Below, one piece after another: positions 27,991-36,937 of a DNA stretch of 64,000 bases. Below the pieces are notes generated by a model. The model saw nothing but the letters and a program-made list of their open reading frames with translations. It did no database searches and was not told the origin of the DNA. Location: assembly GCA_963778115.1 (NCBI GenBank), contig CAVZSV010000004.1, forward strand, positions 1,248,001 through 1,312,000, given 5' to 3'. Position 1 is the first letter of the stretch. Each line of letters starts with the position of its first letter. This stretch comes from an uncultured delta proteobacterium. GTDB taxonomy: Bacteria; Bdellovibrionota; FAC87; UBA2466. Made by a program: the position numbers and the translations under genes.

Positions 27991-29826
27991 ATGCAACCCT
28001 CGTGCCACGCTCTTAGAAGCCTCCATATCGAAAGACGGGTGCAAAAAGGGACCGCTATTGTGTTAGGTTGGTTCCCTGGGGATACGGAGGATGTGTCACT
28101 GAGAGATACTAAGAGACATCACGGTTTGCTAAGCCTTCTGGGCCTGGTTCTCGTATTTTGGTTGGCGTTGCCCGGGGGCCTACACGCCCAACCGCTCCCG
28201 GAAATCGCTTCTCGCATGACCCGAGCTATCCATACGGTAAGGCTCTTTGTCGAACAACCCCACAGCTTCGATTTTCGTCAATTGGAACGCTTGCGTCTGG
28301 ACAAACTCGAAGTGCTTTCCAATGAGAAGCTCATGACCGAGTTTGTAAAATATGCTTACGGCCCTGGTTTTCTTCATATCGATGCTTTCCGGACCGATCT
28401 CACTTACATCTTCCACAAGCTACAAGAACTCTCCTCTAGCAAAGAGATCGCGAAGCAGAAAGAGCTGGAAGCGCTGAAAGAGCGCCTAAGATCGGTTTCT
28501 TTCGACAAGTGGAGCTCGAGTTTTTCCCAAGCGTGTGAACAGATTAGTCCGCCTGAAGCCGCACGGACGGCGCGGATGAATCGGGCTAGCTCCTTTACGT
28601 TAAGTTCCCAAGATGCTTTTTTAAAGGCCACCATAAAGCCTGAGTACGCGCTTTGGTTGGCCCACTCGGCGCTGTCCTTGTGGATATCGGTGGGAAGCAT
28701 CTACCTATTCAAAGATTTGATCGATCTCAATGAACTGTCGGATCGAGAACAGGCTACTTTTGTTATTGGAACCGCCGTGGGTGCCCTAGGTACGTGGGCT
28801 CTGTTCATGGATCACTACCGCTGGATCGACCCCTTTCGCAAGCTCGTCGCTAAAAAGCAGTACAAGCGCATCATTAGGGCCTGGGAGAGGCTAGCAAGAC
28901 TCTATCCCGAAATTGCTTTTCCCACGATGGGAGCTGCCGCAGGATCAAAACTCGTTTCCACTGCTACCTACGCCGATGCCATGTCTGATGCCGCCTTTGA
29001 AGCCCTACTCGCTAGCGAAGATGAAGCTTCCCGAGAACAGAAGTTTAGAGTTTTTCGCAAAGAGATCGCCGAAGAGCAATACGTTAGAGCCATGCGAATT
29101 ACCGATAATTTGAAAAGACTCTATCCGGGATCGCACTACGCCAACTTAGCGGAGGCGATCAATGACGTGTACGTCATCAGAAAAAAACTGGCGCTAGCAA
29201 GTTTTCAAAAGCGATGTTTGTGGCTAACGATCCGAGTGGTGGCCATCTATCTGTCGGTTAAGCTCATGAACAAAGCGGTCGATTGGTACGCCCCCGAATA
29301 CATTAACCGTTGGCCCAAAATACCAGCCGCCTTTTTTGGTGTCTTAGGTGTGAAAAAGCTTCATCCCTTTTTCTTTCGTCCAGAAAAAACCGATAAAGCC
29401 GTTGAGATTTCAGACGACGACGAGAGTGCTCTGCAAGCGGCCATTGGCAGGGTCATTGATCTCGACCCTTCTGGGGAGATTGCCGCTTCTTTGGTAGCTC
29501 ACGCTGGCACAGGAAGGGCCGCTGCGGCTACGCGAGATGCTTTCATTGCTGAAGTTCTCTCGCGTAATCCCACGGGACAATTGACCGCCCGTCTTTTTGA
29601 AATTTTGGCCAACGAATTAGCGCAGAGTAGTTACTCAGGAAAACGGGTGAAGCAGTTGTCGGTAGCGGCGTTTGCCCTTCGTAAATCCTGTGCGGATACC
29701 CTTTTAGAAACTGCAGTGGGGATTCGCGCTAGTTTCAAAGGGGAAGATCCCACTACTATTTCAGATCCCGAACCCGATGCCGAGCCTCCCCTGCCCGTCG
29801 GACCTGAGGAAGCTCTCGCTTATTAG
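27991..29826 (+). CDS. Hypothetical membrane protein (start uncertain)
   Basis: 611-codon ORF with a signal-like segment and two pairs of TM helices; no family recognised. Confidence 0.7.
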   Translation: MQPSCHALRSLHIERRVQKGTAIVLGWFPGDTEDVSLRDTKRHHGLLSLLGLVLVFWLALPGGLHAQPLPEIASRMTRAIHTVRLFVEQPHSFDFRQLERLRLDKLEVLSNEKLMTEFVKYAYGPGFLHIDAFRTDLTYIFHKLQELSSSKEIAKQKELEALKERLRSVSFDKWSSSFSQACEQISPPEAARTARMNRASSFTLSSQDAFLKATIKPEYALWLAHSALSLWISVGSIYLFKDLIDLNELSDREQATFVIGTAVGALGTWALFMDHYRWIDPFRKLVAKKQYKRIIRAWERLARLYPEIAFPTMGAAAGSKLVSTATYADAMSDAAFEALLASEDEASREQKFRVFRKEIAEEQYVRAMRITDNLKRLYPGSHYANLAEAINDVYVIRKKLALASFQKRCLWLTIRVVAIYLSVKLMNKAVDWYAPEYINRWPKIPAAFFGVLGVKKLHPFFFRPEKTDKAVEISDDDESALQAAIGRVIDLDPSGEIAASLVAHAGTGRAAAATRDAFIAEVLSRNPTGQLTARLFEILANELAQSSYSGKRVKQLSVAAFALRKSCADTLLETAVGIRASFKGEDPTTISDPEPDAEPPLPVGPEEALAY

Positions 29827-29943
29827 GCCGGAGTTCATTGACATTAAAACTGAACAGCGCTAACGGTTTGCTTCCACTCTACATGGGCACAACTTGGGGA
29901 TAGTCGTAATCGCAATTGGATTTTGTCCAACGGAGGTTCTCCC

Positions 29944-31605
29944 ATGTCACGCTCAAGAATCCAGTATCTTATTCTCTTGGTCTTCGTGATCAGTGCCCCT
30001 TCGTTTGCCGACCTCTTCGAATCGAAAATTCCCGCCTCCGCCAAAAGGCCTTTTTTCGTTCCCGGAACTATCGCTTATAAGACCTTCTCCAACGTCAAGG
30101 GTGCGCCTACGCGTCGCGTTCATAACTGTGTCTTGCTCCACGGCCACGGCTTCAGCCAACAGATCTTAGATTTTTTGAAGGAGAACGACGGCCGTAAAAT
30201 AGCCGAACTTAGTCCTTTACCTGTTGAAGTAAACCCTCAAGCGGCTCAATTGATGCCACCCAAGCTGAAAGAGATTTCAAGTGCGGATGCCACGACACTA
30301 GTAGCGTATTTTTATTATGGAAAGGAGTTCATCGATCGGCTGCTGGCGCAGGCTTGTGACAACGTCATCGTCCCGATTCAGGAATCTAATCAGTCAACCC
30401 ACATGGAACTCGTTCTGCGTACCGAACGTTTTTTAAAACGGGTAGCTTGCACCAGCGCCAACAACAACAAGCAATGGGGATGTGCTGCCGTCGGGCATTC
30501 GAAATTAGGCGGGGTGCTTACCAGCATCGTTAGAAGGTGTATGGGGGCGCTAAGTCTAGAAAAGGGGGGATCCGAGTTGGGTCAATTTGGCTGTGCAAAT
30601 TTAGGAAAAGTCTACAGTGCGGCCGGTGTTAATGAAGGAGTAGGCGCTACCGTGGCATTGTTAGGAGCCAAAACTCTGCGGGAACAGTACAACGAAAAGA
30701 AGGACGCTATGGACTCCTTCCTAAAACTCGCCGATACTTTCATGAATGCTTCCGCTCAGGTTGAAGAAGGGATGAAGCACTACCAGCTTCTGCAAAATGT
30801 CGAATCGCGCTTCGGACTGGATATCATCGGAGACTATATTAAAGGAGAGACAAACCCTTTGTGGTTAGACTTGAGCCCCATCGCGGCCACCGAAGACGGA
30901 GTTCCTCTTTTGGTGAGAAACCGGGATTTTGTACCGCTAAAGCAAGGTTGGTTTCAAGGAAGTTACGCGGCTTCGGCGACCAATTTTGACCTCTCCACCG
31001 GAGAAAAACTTTCGTGTGGAACTACAGCAAAACCGCAAAAAATTATTCCTGGCGGAGTTAATCTCCCCCTTCCGCGAGGAGGTTTACTTGCTCCTCCACC
31101 ACCGCCGCCGCCAGCGGGAGCGCCGGGGGCACCTGCCGCGGGAAAGCGCCCCCTTCTAGATGCCCTGCGCGGAGCGGTCCGTAACGGTGTTCAAAACGGA
31201 AAGACACCGATCTTAGACTTCATTCGAGATCCGCTGCTCACTTTGCACGATCAGGTCTGCGACCAATTTAATACCAAGATTGGCGAGCTTCATGAGCCTA
31301 AAGTCCAGCCCCTCTTTTTGGCGGGCTTGGGTGCTATGAAAAAAGTGGCAAAGGCCGAACATCTCACCGCTGCCGATGGAACTGTCGATTTCCTCAACGC
31401 CGTCACTTGGGAAAAATTTAACCACTCGGATGGTCTAGTAGATTATTCGCTATCCATGGACGTCTGTGAAAGAGGAAAGGCTATTGTCGACAAAACCAAA
31501 CAGGCAGTCATCTCATGCACCACTTTCAAGGATATCAACCACCTCCAGTACTCCGGCACCGCATTTGAAGTCGCTGACGACATCGTAGCGGTATTGACCC
31601 GATAA
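29944..31605 (+). CDS. Secreted alpha/beta-hydrolase-like protein (lipase-like) with poly-Pro insertion
   Basis: Signal peptide, 'VLLHGHG', nucleophile elbow 'VGHSKLGG', 'HSDGLV', 'INHLQ'; GGAGG RBS. Confidence 0.6.
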   Translation: MSRSRIQYLILLVFVISAPSFADLFESKIPASAKRPFFVPGTIAYKTFSNVKGAPTRRVHNCVLLHGHGFSQQILDFLKENDGRKIAELSPLPVEVNPQAAQLMPPKLKEISSADATTLVAYFYYGKEFIDRLLAQACDNVIVPIQESNQSTHMELVLRTERFLKRVACTSANNNKQWGCAAVGHSKLGGVLTSIVRRCMGALSLEKGGSELGQFGCANLGKVYSAAGVNEGVGATVALLGAKTLREQYNEKKDAMDSFLKLADTFMNASAQVEEGMKHYQLLQNVESRFGLDIIGDYIKGETNPLWLDLSPIAATEDGVPLLVRNRDFVPLKQGWFQGSYAASATNFDLSTGEKLSCGTTAKPQKIIPGGVNLPLPRGGLLAPPPPPPPAGAPGAPAAGKRPLLDALRGAVRNGVQNGKTPILDFIRDPLLTLHDQVCDQFNTKIGELHEPKVQPLFLAGLGAMKKVAKAEHLTAADGTVDFLNAVTWEKFNHSDGLVDYSLSMDVCERGKAIVDKTKQAVISCTTFKDINHLQYSGTAFEVADDIVAVLTR

Positions 31606-31693
31606 CATTTCGCTAAAGCGAGATTTTATCCCTCTAATTTCGATTCTCGATTTTCTCGTTCGCCTGTGTTAGCTTGTCGAACCTGAAAAAGTG

Positions 31694-32566
31694 ATGAAAC
31701 GTACAAGCTCAGTTTTGTTGTTGTTATTAGTGGGTTTTTCGGCCCTTCCCCCAAGCGGTTTCCCCTGTTCGCTGGCAGTTGAGTCAGCGGCTCGGTACGC
31801 GCGTTGGACCTCCCATTCCTTTTTTCGATTACTACCCGATACCGAAAGATTCTATACGGGCCTTGCTGCCCGAACCGCAAAGGGAATTTACTTTGGTATT
31901 GGGGGCTATGTCATGAATCGCCATACTACCATCTTCAAAGAGATTGAAAGACGGCATGGAGAGATCCTCGAGGTAATCTGGGCTGGCGAAGTCCACGCGA
32001 AACGAGTGGGGGAAGAGGAGCCTCAGATTCAGCGAGTCAATCCTTGTTCCGGTTTTCGTCCCGGAACCGATTCAAAGTATTTCATCAACCTGTTAAGAGC
32101 CTACCGAAATCGAATGGTAGCCTGGGACGCCGTTGGCCTTCCCTATGACGAAAATCGAAAGCATTTTGATGAACGCATGAATTACGGAAACTATGGCCTC
32201 CGTCATGAAGCAGGCAATGCGTTTATGGGTATTCAAAATATTGTTATTAAAGCACTGCAACTGCGCTATGAACCAGACGAAGCTATTAAAGAATTCACGG
32301 CCCGAAAAAGGGAAAGTTACGGTAAGCATATCATGGCCCTTCGCGACTTTTACACGTTAGGAATCGAAGATGGCATCACCGATCCCGCTTTTGCGCTTCT
32401 TCGGTCTAGGTTGCAGAACATTCTTAATGGAAGTGCTTCTATCCTGGACTATGGCGTAATCCGTGAGACACTTAGAAGTACCCTTCCCTATTTCAAGGAT
32501 GAAAACCAAGAGCAGAAAGATCTGATCCATATCATTCCGATAGAGGCCGACTACCAATATAATTGA
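31694..32566 (+). CDS. Hypothetical secreted protein
   Basis: About 290-codon ORF with an N-terminal signal peptide; no family recognised. Confidence 0.65.
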   Translation: MKRTSSVLLLLLVGFSALPPSGFPCSLAVESAARYARWTSHSFFRLLPDTERFYTGLAARTAKGIYFGIGGYVMNRHTTIFKEIERRHGEILEVIWAGEVHAKRVGEEEPQIQRVNPCSGFRPGTDSKYFINLLRAYRNRMVAWDAVGLPYDENRKHFDERMNYGNYGLRHEAGNAFMGIQNIVIKALQLRYEPDEAIKEFTARKRESYGKHIMALRDFYTLGIEDGITDPAFALLRSRLQNILNGSASILDYGVIRETLRSTLPYFKDENQEQKDLIHIIPIEADYQYN

Positions 32567-32571
32567 GTCTG

Positions 32572-33339
32572 CTAGGCACTCTTGCGATAGGTTCGAACCA
32601 AACGAGGCTTGGGAAATTGAACGACTCCAAACCAACTTAATATCTTACAGACTACATAACCGAAATCGAACTCTCCTGCCCTTACCGAAAATTTAGCTTC
32701 GTAAGGGCGATAGTGATGGTTATTTTGATAGCCTTCGCCAAAAACGAGCCACGCCACAACGGAATGGTTGGTGGATCTATCGGAGGTCTTGAAATTTCGG
32801 TACCCGTAAGTATGGCCGAAACTATTTACCATCCACCCTTGAAACGGATGGCTAAGCATGCCGACCACATACGCAAGTCCCAGAATCTTATCTCCGGTCA
32901 GTAGCACTAGAGCTATTCCTATAAACAGATGAAGCAAATGAGGAAGGAACCAAAGCCCTTCAAGGTTCAACCAGTGAATAGGAAATTTGAGATCCCGAAC
33001 TACATTCGTATATTTCATCCGCTTGGATTTTAATCCCTGCATCGTATCGCCATAGGACCAAAGCTGGACGAGAAGGAGCCTAAAGAACCCTCCATGCTTC
33101 GGACTATGAGGATCGCGCTTGGTGTCGGCATACAGATGATGAAGCCTGTGCATGCAGCTCCAGGTCTTAGGATCGAGACCCGTAACCCAGTTGCCCGTTC
33201 TTATGACAAAGCGCCGGGTTCGCGGAGGCAATACAATAGCTCGGTGGGTGAATCCACGATGGTAAAAGATTGAAGTATAGACAAGGTTTAAAGCGTAAGT
33301 CGCTGCGAATACCGCAGCACAAAGAATCGCGTAACCCAT
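32572..33339 (-). CDS. Fatty acid desaturase (delta-9 acyl-CoA/acyl-lipid type)
   Basis: His boxes 'HRGFTH', 'HRLHH', 'QNNHH'; 'DPHSP', 'VNSFGH'; AGGAGG RBS before ATG 33339. Confidence 0.92.
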   Translation of the reverse strand: MGYAILCAAVFAATYALNLVYTSIFYHRGFTHRAIVLPPRTRRFVIRTGNWVTGLDPKTWSCMHRLHHLYADTKRDPHSPKHGGFFRLLLVQLWSYGDTMQGLKSKRMKYTNVVRDLKFPIHWLNLEGLWFLPHLLHLFIGIALVLLTGDKILGLAYVVGMLSHPFQGWMVNSFGHTYGYRNFKTSDRSTNHSVVAWLVFGEGYQNNHHYRPYEAKFSVRAGEFDFGYVVCKILSWFGVVQFPKPRLVRTYRKSA

Positions 33340-33520
33340 GACAGACCTCCTTATCTGTATAGGGCGGGATACCTTTCTATTATAACGCATTAGGTCAATA
33401 AGCGTAATCGCCCCCAAAAAATGCGCTCTAGAATCCATACTTATGGCCAAATAAGTTTACGTTGTGTATAAAAAGCAATACTTGGGGACTATCCAAGCCG
33501 GGGGAATTGGGGGGATATCA

Positions 33521-33982
33521 ATGGCCGCAAAGTCAGTTTCTTGGGTAATCTTTCTGTTCGTGATAAGCGCTTCAGCCGCTTTCGCGCGGGGAAGGTGTGC
33601 GATTAGCAATAACTACATCACTATCGATGGAGAGGTAGCCTTCTACTTCTCGGATGAGACCGAACGTTCGAGTCAGTTAGCTCAATTAAAGCAGTCCGGA
33701 TTTTGCGGAATGAGTAACAGTGCGCGCTGCGGGGCCAACACCAATTTCGTTACGATGGACGGAGAAAATGCTCTGTTCTCATCCGATCCGCGAGAACTTA
33801 TTCGCATGCTCATTTCCCTAACAGAGTCAGGACTCTGTGTTGCGGACGCTTCGGTTACGGGATGTTCCGCGAACTCTCGGTATGTGACTCTGAAAGGCGA
33901 GCAGATCTATTACGCCAAAGATGCTACCAATCTGCTCAAGAAATTAATTGAACTTAAGCAAGCAGGGAAGTGCGAAGAGTAG
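33521..33982 (+). CDS. Secreted protein made of three ~43-aa Cys-bracketed repeats
   Basis: Signal peptide (AFA) then RCAISNNYITIDGE...LKQSGFC / RCGANTNFVTMDGE...LTESGLC / GCSANSRYVTLKGE...LKQAGKC. Confidence 0.75.
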   Translation: MAAKSVSWVIFLFVISASAAFARGRCAISNNYITIDGEVAFYFSDETERSSQLAQLKQSGFCGMSNSARCGANTNFVTMDGENALFSSDPRELIRMLISLTESGLCVADASVTGCSANSRYVTLKGEQIYYAKDATNLLKKLIELKQAGKCEE

Positions 33983-33992
33983 GGATTGAAGA

Positions 33993-34541
33993 TTAGTTGG
34001 TATTTTTCTTATCTTCCTCTAATGCGGTTTTGTACTGACGCGATTCCAGAAGTCGTTTCATATATTTGATAGGCCGCTTCTGGGTCATCGAAATTTTGTA
34101 ATCGGAAAGAGAGCCGCGCGCTCCGCAGTTATTTCTACAAGTGGGTAGGCCCTTAGGACCGTTTCGATCGGTGATAAAGAGATCTCCGTCTTTTTCTTCC
34201 AGCGTTAAAGTACAGCGATCCCCCCCATACGACTCTGGATCCCGATACGTAAATTTACCGGCCTCTTGGTGGGCAATACCTGAAGCCGTACAGCTATGAC
34301 CATTGTAGAAATCCAAATGGATTCTAAAGTACAGTTTATCTTCTCCCTGAGCGACAATCTCTATCACGTCCTCCGCCTGATAAGGCGTATCCGCTTCCCC
34401 CGGAGCCTTTCCCATGGCGATACTCGCCGACTTGAAGCGGTGTTTATAAACGCCTGCTAATTCGGAGGCCTTCGGCGCATCGGCGGAGAGAACGGGCCCC
34501 GGAAACCATGACATGACAATGCATAAGAAAAGTAAGCGCAT
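33993..34541 (-). CDS. Hypothetical secreted beta-rich protein
   Basis: Signal peptide from ATG 34541; 'FYNGHSCTASGIA' and 'CRNNCGARGSL'. Confidence 0.7.
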   Translation of the reverse strand: MRLLFLCIVMSWFPGPVLSADAPKASELAGVYKHRFKSASIAMGKAPGEADTPYQAEDVIEIVAQGEDKLYFRIHLDFYNGHSCTASGIAHQEAGKFTYRDPESYGGDRCTLTLEEKDGDLFITDRNGPKGLPTCRNNCGARGSLSDYKISMTQKRPIKYMKRLLESRQYKTALEEDKKNTN

Positions 34542-34578
34542 GGATAAAGAGTGAAAGCTCGAGGAAACTTTGGCAAGA

Positions 34579-35277
34579 CTAAACGGCAGTACGCGGACGA
34601 AATCCTCTGATCGCGCGAGAACGGGTCTGAAAGGATAATTGGGTCTGCACCATCTTCCCAAAGACTTCGAGAAGATTATCGTGAAGTGGCTTTATCTGAG
34701 GTTCCAACCGATCCAATAGGTAATGGATCGCTTCGATGGTGGAATAGCAATAGCTCGCTGGCTGCTTTCGTACCTCAAACCGAGAGGGTGTTGAAGGCGT
34801 GAAGCAAATAGTAGGAAGCCCCAAGAGATTCACACTTAACCTTCGCATCCGCTTGGCTTGAGACCAAGTCGCGTCGTAGAGAAAAACGACAAGTCGTTTG
34901 CCTTCTGGAAATAGCCGATGAGGCGCTTGTTGGGACGACAAAGTTAGATTGAGAGCATTCGCTCCGGGGTATAGAGCGACACAATGGTGGCTCGGATTTT
35001 GGAGAAGGGCGTTTACTCCTTCGTGCTCCGTAAAGTCAGTCCCTTCAAACAATAACGAATTTGCCAAACACAGATGCGCCATTCGACCAGTTGCGATACT
35101 ACGTTTTGCTTCCGCTTCGTGCATCAAGATGACAAATTGGATTTGAGGGACAAAGCAACGAATATCCCGACAAAAGCAGGTGGTCTTGGGTTTAAGACAA
35201 GAGGGACAACAAGAGCGAGGAGTCGGCTGCGAAGCCAGCCATTGCTTTCTTTTTTGAAGATATTGTTCTACGGTCAC
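34579..35277 (-). CDS. DTW domain protein (tRNA acp3U aminocarboxypropyltransferase-like)
   Basis: N-terminal 'CPSC..TCFC', 'LMHEAE', 'TGRMA', 'LYP', 'DATWSQA', 'STIEA'. Confidence 0.9.
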   Translation of the reverse strand: MTVEQYLQKRKQWLASQPTPRSCCPSCLKPKTTCFCRDIRCFVPQIQFVILMHEAEAKRSIATGRMAHLCLANSLLFEGTDFTEHEGVNALLQNPSHHCVALYPGANALNLTLSSQQAPHRLFPEGKRLVVFLYDATWSQAKRMRRLSVNLLGLPTICFTPSTPSRFEVRKQPASYCYSTIEAIHYLLDRLEPQIKPLHDNLLEVFGKMVQTQLSFQTRSRAIRGFRPRTAV

Positions 35278-35289
35278 CCAAATATACTA

Positions 35290-36849
35290 TCACGAACGGA
35301 CGTTGGAAGCCGCGGAAACAGGCTCTGGAACCTTTGCTTGAACGGTGATAGGGGACGGCTTGATGAACTTGCCACGACAATTATCACACCGCTTACAGGG
35401 TTCCCCATCCATCTCACCAAAATACTCTCGGAAAAATTTGGCCCGACATTCCGTCGTTTGACCATATCTCATGATGGATTCGATGCGTTCTTTGTCGGAG
35501 GCGTGACGATCGTCATAGTGTTTGAGAAAACTTTCGAATTGATTAGCCGTTTCAAAGGTCTTGACCAACCGAACACCCCTTTTTCGTTTAATAACCCCCT
35601 CTTTTTCCAAGTAGGCTAGTAAGACACGTGCTTTATTTTTCGCTAAGCCTGAAGCTTCGATGACCAAGTCCAGTTTCAATTCCGCTTTGTTCTGTGAACT
35701 CAGTTTCAATAGGGTCATATACAGATGCGCCGCATCGGCTCGCGTCGGATACTTCCCACCTAAGAAATAAGAATGAATTCTCTTATCTTCGATCCGGTAA
35801 AGAAGGGCCGCTATCGCTTTCTTGCCATCACGACCCGCTCTGCCCGCTTCCTGATAGTAACTTTCCACCGAATCCGGGAAAGTATAGTGGATTACGAAAC
35901 GGACATCGGGCTTATCTATTCCAAGTCCAAACGCTTTGGTCGCCACCATCACTTGATAGCGATTCTCCATGAAATCATGCTGGAACAACTCTCTATCGCT
36001 CATCTTCATCTTGCCATGATATTTGCCGGCAACAATTCCGGCTCCCAAGAGTTTGGCGTGAAGATCGTTGGCAAGTTTCACCGTGCTCACGTAAACAATC
36101 CCATTTCCCTTGCTATCGTTTACAATTTGAATCAATCTTTTGAATTTCGCCTCTTCGTTCACCGTACGGTAAACATCAAATTCTAAATTCGGCCGGTCGA
36201 CGCCAGTGATGTAAACGGGAGCGGCCCTAGGAATATTAAGTTGTTCCAAAACATCGGCGATAATTTCTGGAGTCGCAGTGGCTGTTAGAGCCAAGACGGG
36301 CGGATTTCCTAACGCTTCTCGAGCTCTTCGAATGGAAAGATAGGCGGGACGAAAATCATGACCCCACTGCGAAACACAATGTGCTTCATCGACGACCAAT
36401 AGGGACACGCCGCCTCTACGCAAGGCCTCCAAAAAATCAGGATTTTCCAATCTCTCGGGGGTGACGTAAACGAGCTCGGTGTGCCCATTTTTGACATCTT
36501 TCACCGCTTGCCGATCTTCGCGTTCCGTAAGAGTAGAATCGATCTTACGAGCATCTACCCCGGCATTTTCCATCTTTTCCGTTTGGTCCTGCATGAGAGA
36601 GATAAGCGGTGAAACTACGATAGTAGCTTTAGGCAGAAATAAGGCAGGTAATTGATAACAGAGCGATTTTCCGGCTCCGGTAGCCATCACTCCAAAGGCA
36701 CTTCCGCCATTCATGACGGTCTCTATCAGTTCTCGCTGTCCGTTACGTAACCGTTTGATTCCAAAATGCTCGCGCGCCGATCGCGCTAGCTTTACCCAAT
36801 CCACGGCCGATTTTTTCTTCAAAGCCCCCACGGCGGGCAGTAAATGCAA
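35290..36849 (-). CDS. recQ: RecQ family DNA helicase (no HRDC domain)
   Basis: 'TGAGKSLCYQLP', 'VDEAHCVSQWGHDFRP', 'ALTATA', 'YYQEAGRAGRDG', Zn site 'CR...CKRCDNC'. Confidence 0.93.
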   Translation of the reverse strand: MHLLPAVGALKKKSAVDWVKLARSAREHFGIKRLRNGQRELIETVMNGGSAFGVMATGAGKSLCYQLPALFLPKATIVVSPLISLMQDQTEKMENAGVDARKIDSTLTEREDRQAVKDVKNGHTELVYVTPERLENPDFLEALRRGGVSLLVVDEAHCVSQWGHDFRPAYLSIRRAREALGNPPVLALTATATPEIIADVLEQLNIPRAAPVYITGVDRPNLEFDVYRTVNEEAKFKRLIQIVNDSKGNGIVYVSTVKLANDLHAKLLGAGIVAGKYHGKMKMSDRELFQHDFMENRYQVMVATKAFGLGIDKPDVRFVIHYTFPDSVESYYQEAGRAGRDGKKAIAALLYRIEDKRIHSYFLGGKYPTRADAAHLYMTLLKLSSQNKAELKLDLVIEASGLAKNKARVLLAYLEKEGVIKRKRGVRLVKTFETANQFESFLKHYDDRHASDKERIESIMRYGQTTECRAKFFREYFGEMDGEPCKRCDNCRGKFIKPSPITVQAKVPEPVSAASNVRS

Positions 36850-36862
36850 CGTATGTGCCGTC

Positions 36863-36937
36863 CCACAGGAAGGTAGGCCGTACCTTTTTGTAGTGTTGCA
36901 GAATTCCCTACAAGAAGGTAGGCCCTACCTTCTTGTG
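36863..36937. repeat. Tandem pair of ~31-bp REP-like palindromes (CTACAAGAAGGTA-N5-TACCTTYTTGTAG consensus)
   Basis: Copies at 36863-36893 and 36908-36937; a third, inverted copy at 54494-54524. Confidence 0.8.

Noticed and set aside
36863..36937. CRISPR array
   Set aside because: Only two adjacent copies with a 14-nt spacer, no cas genes, and a third copy 17 kb away; this fits REP-like repeats better.
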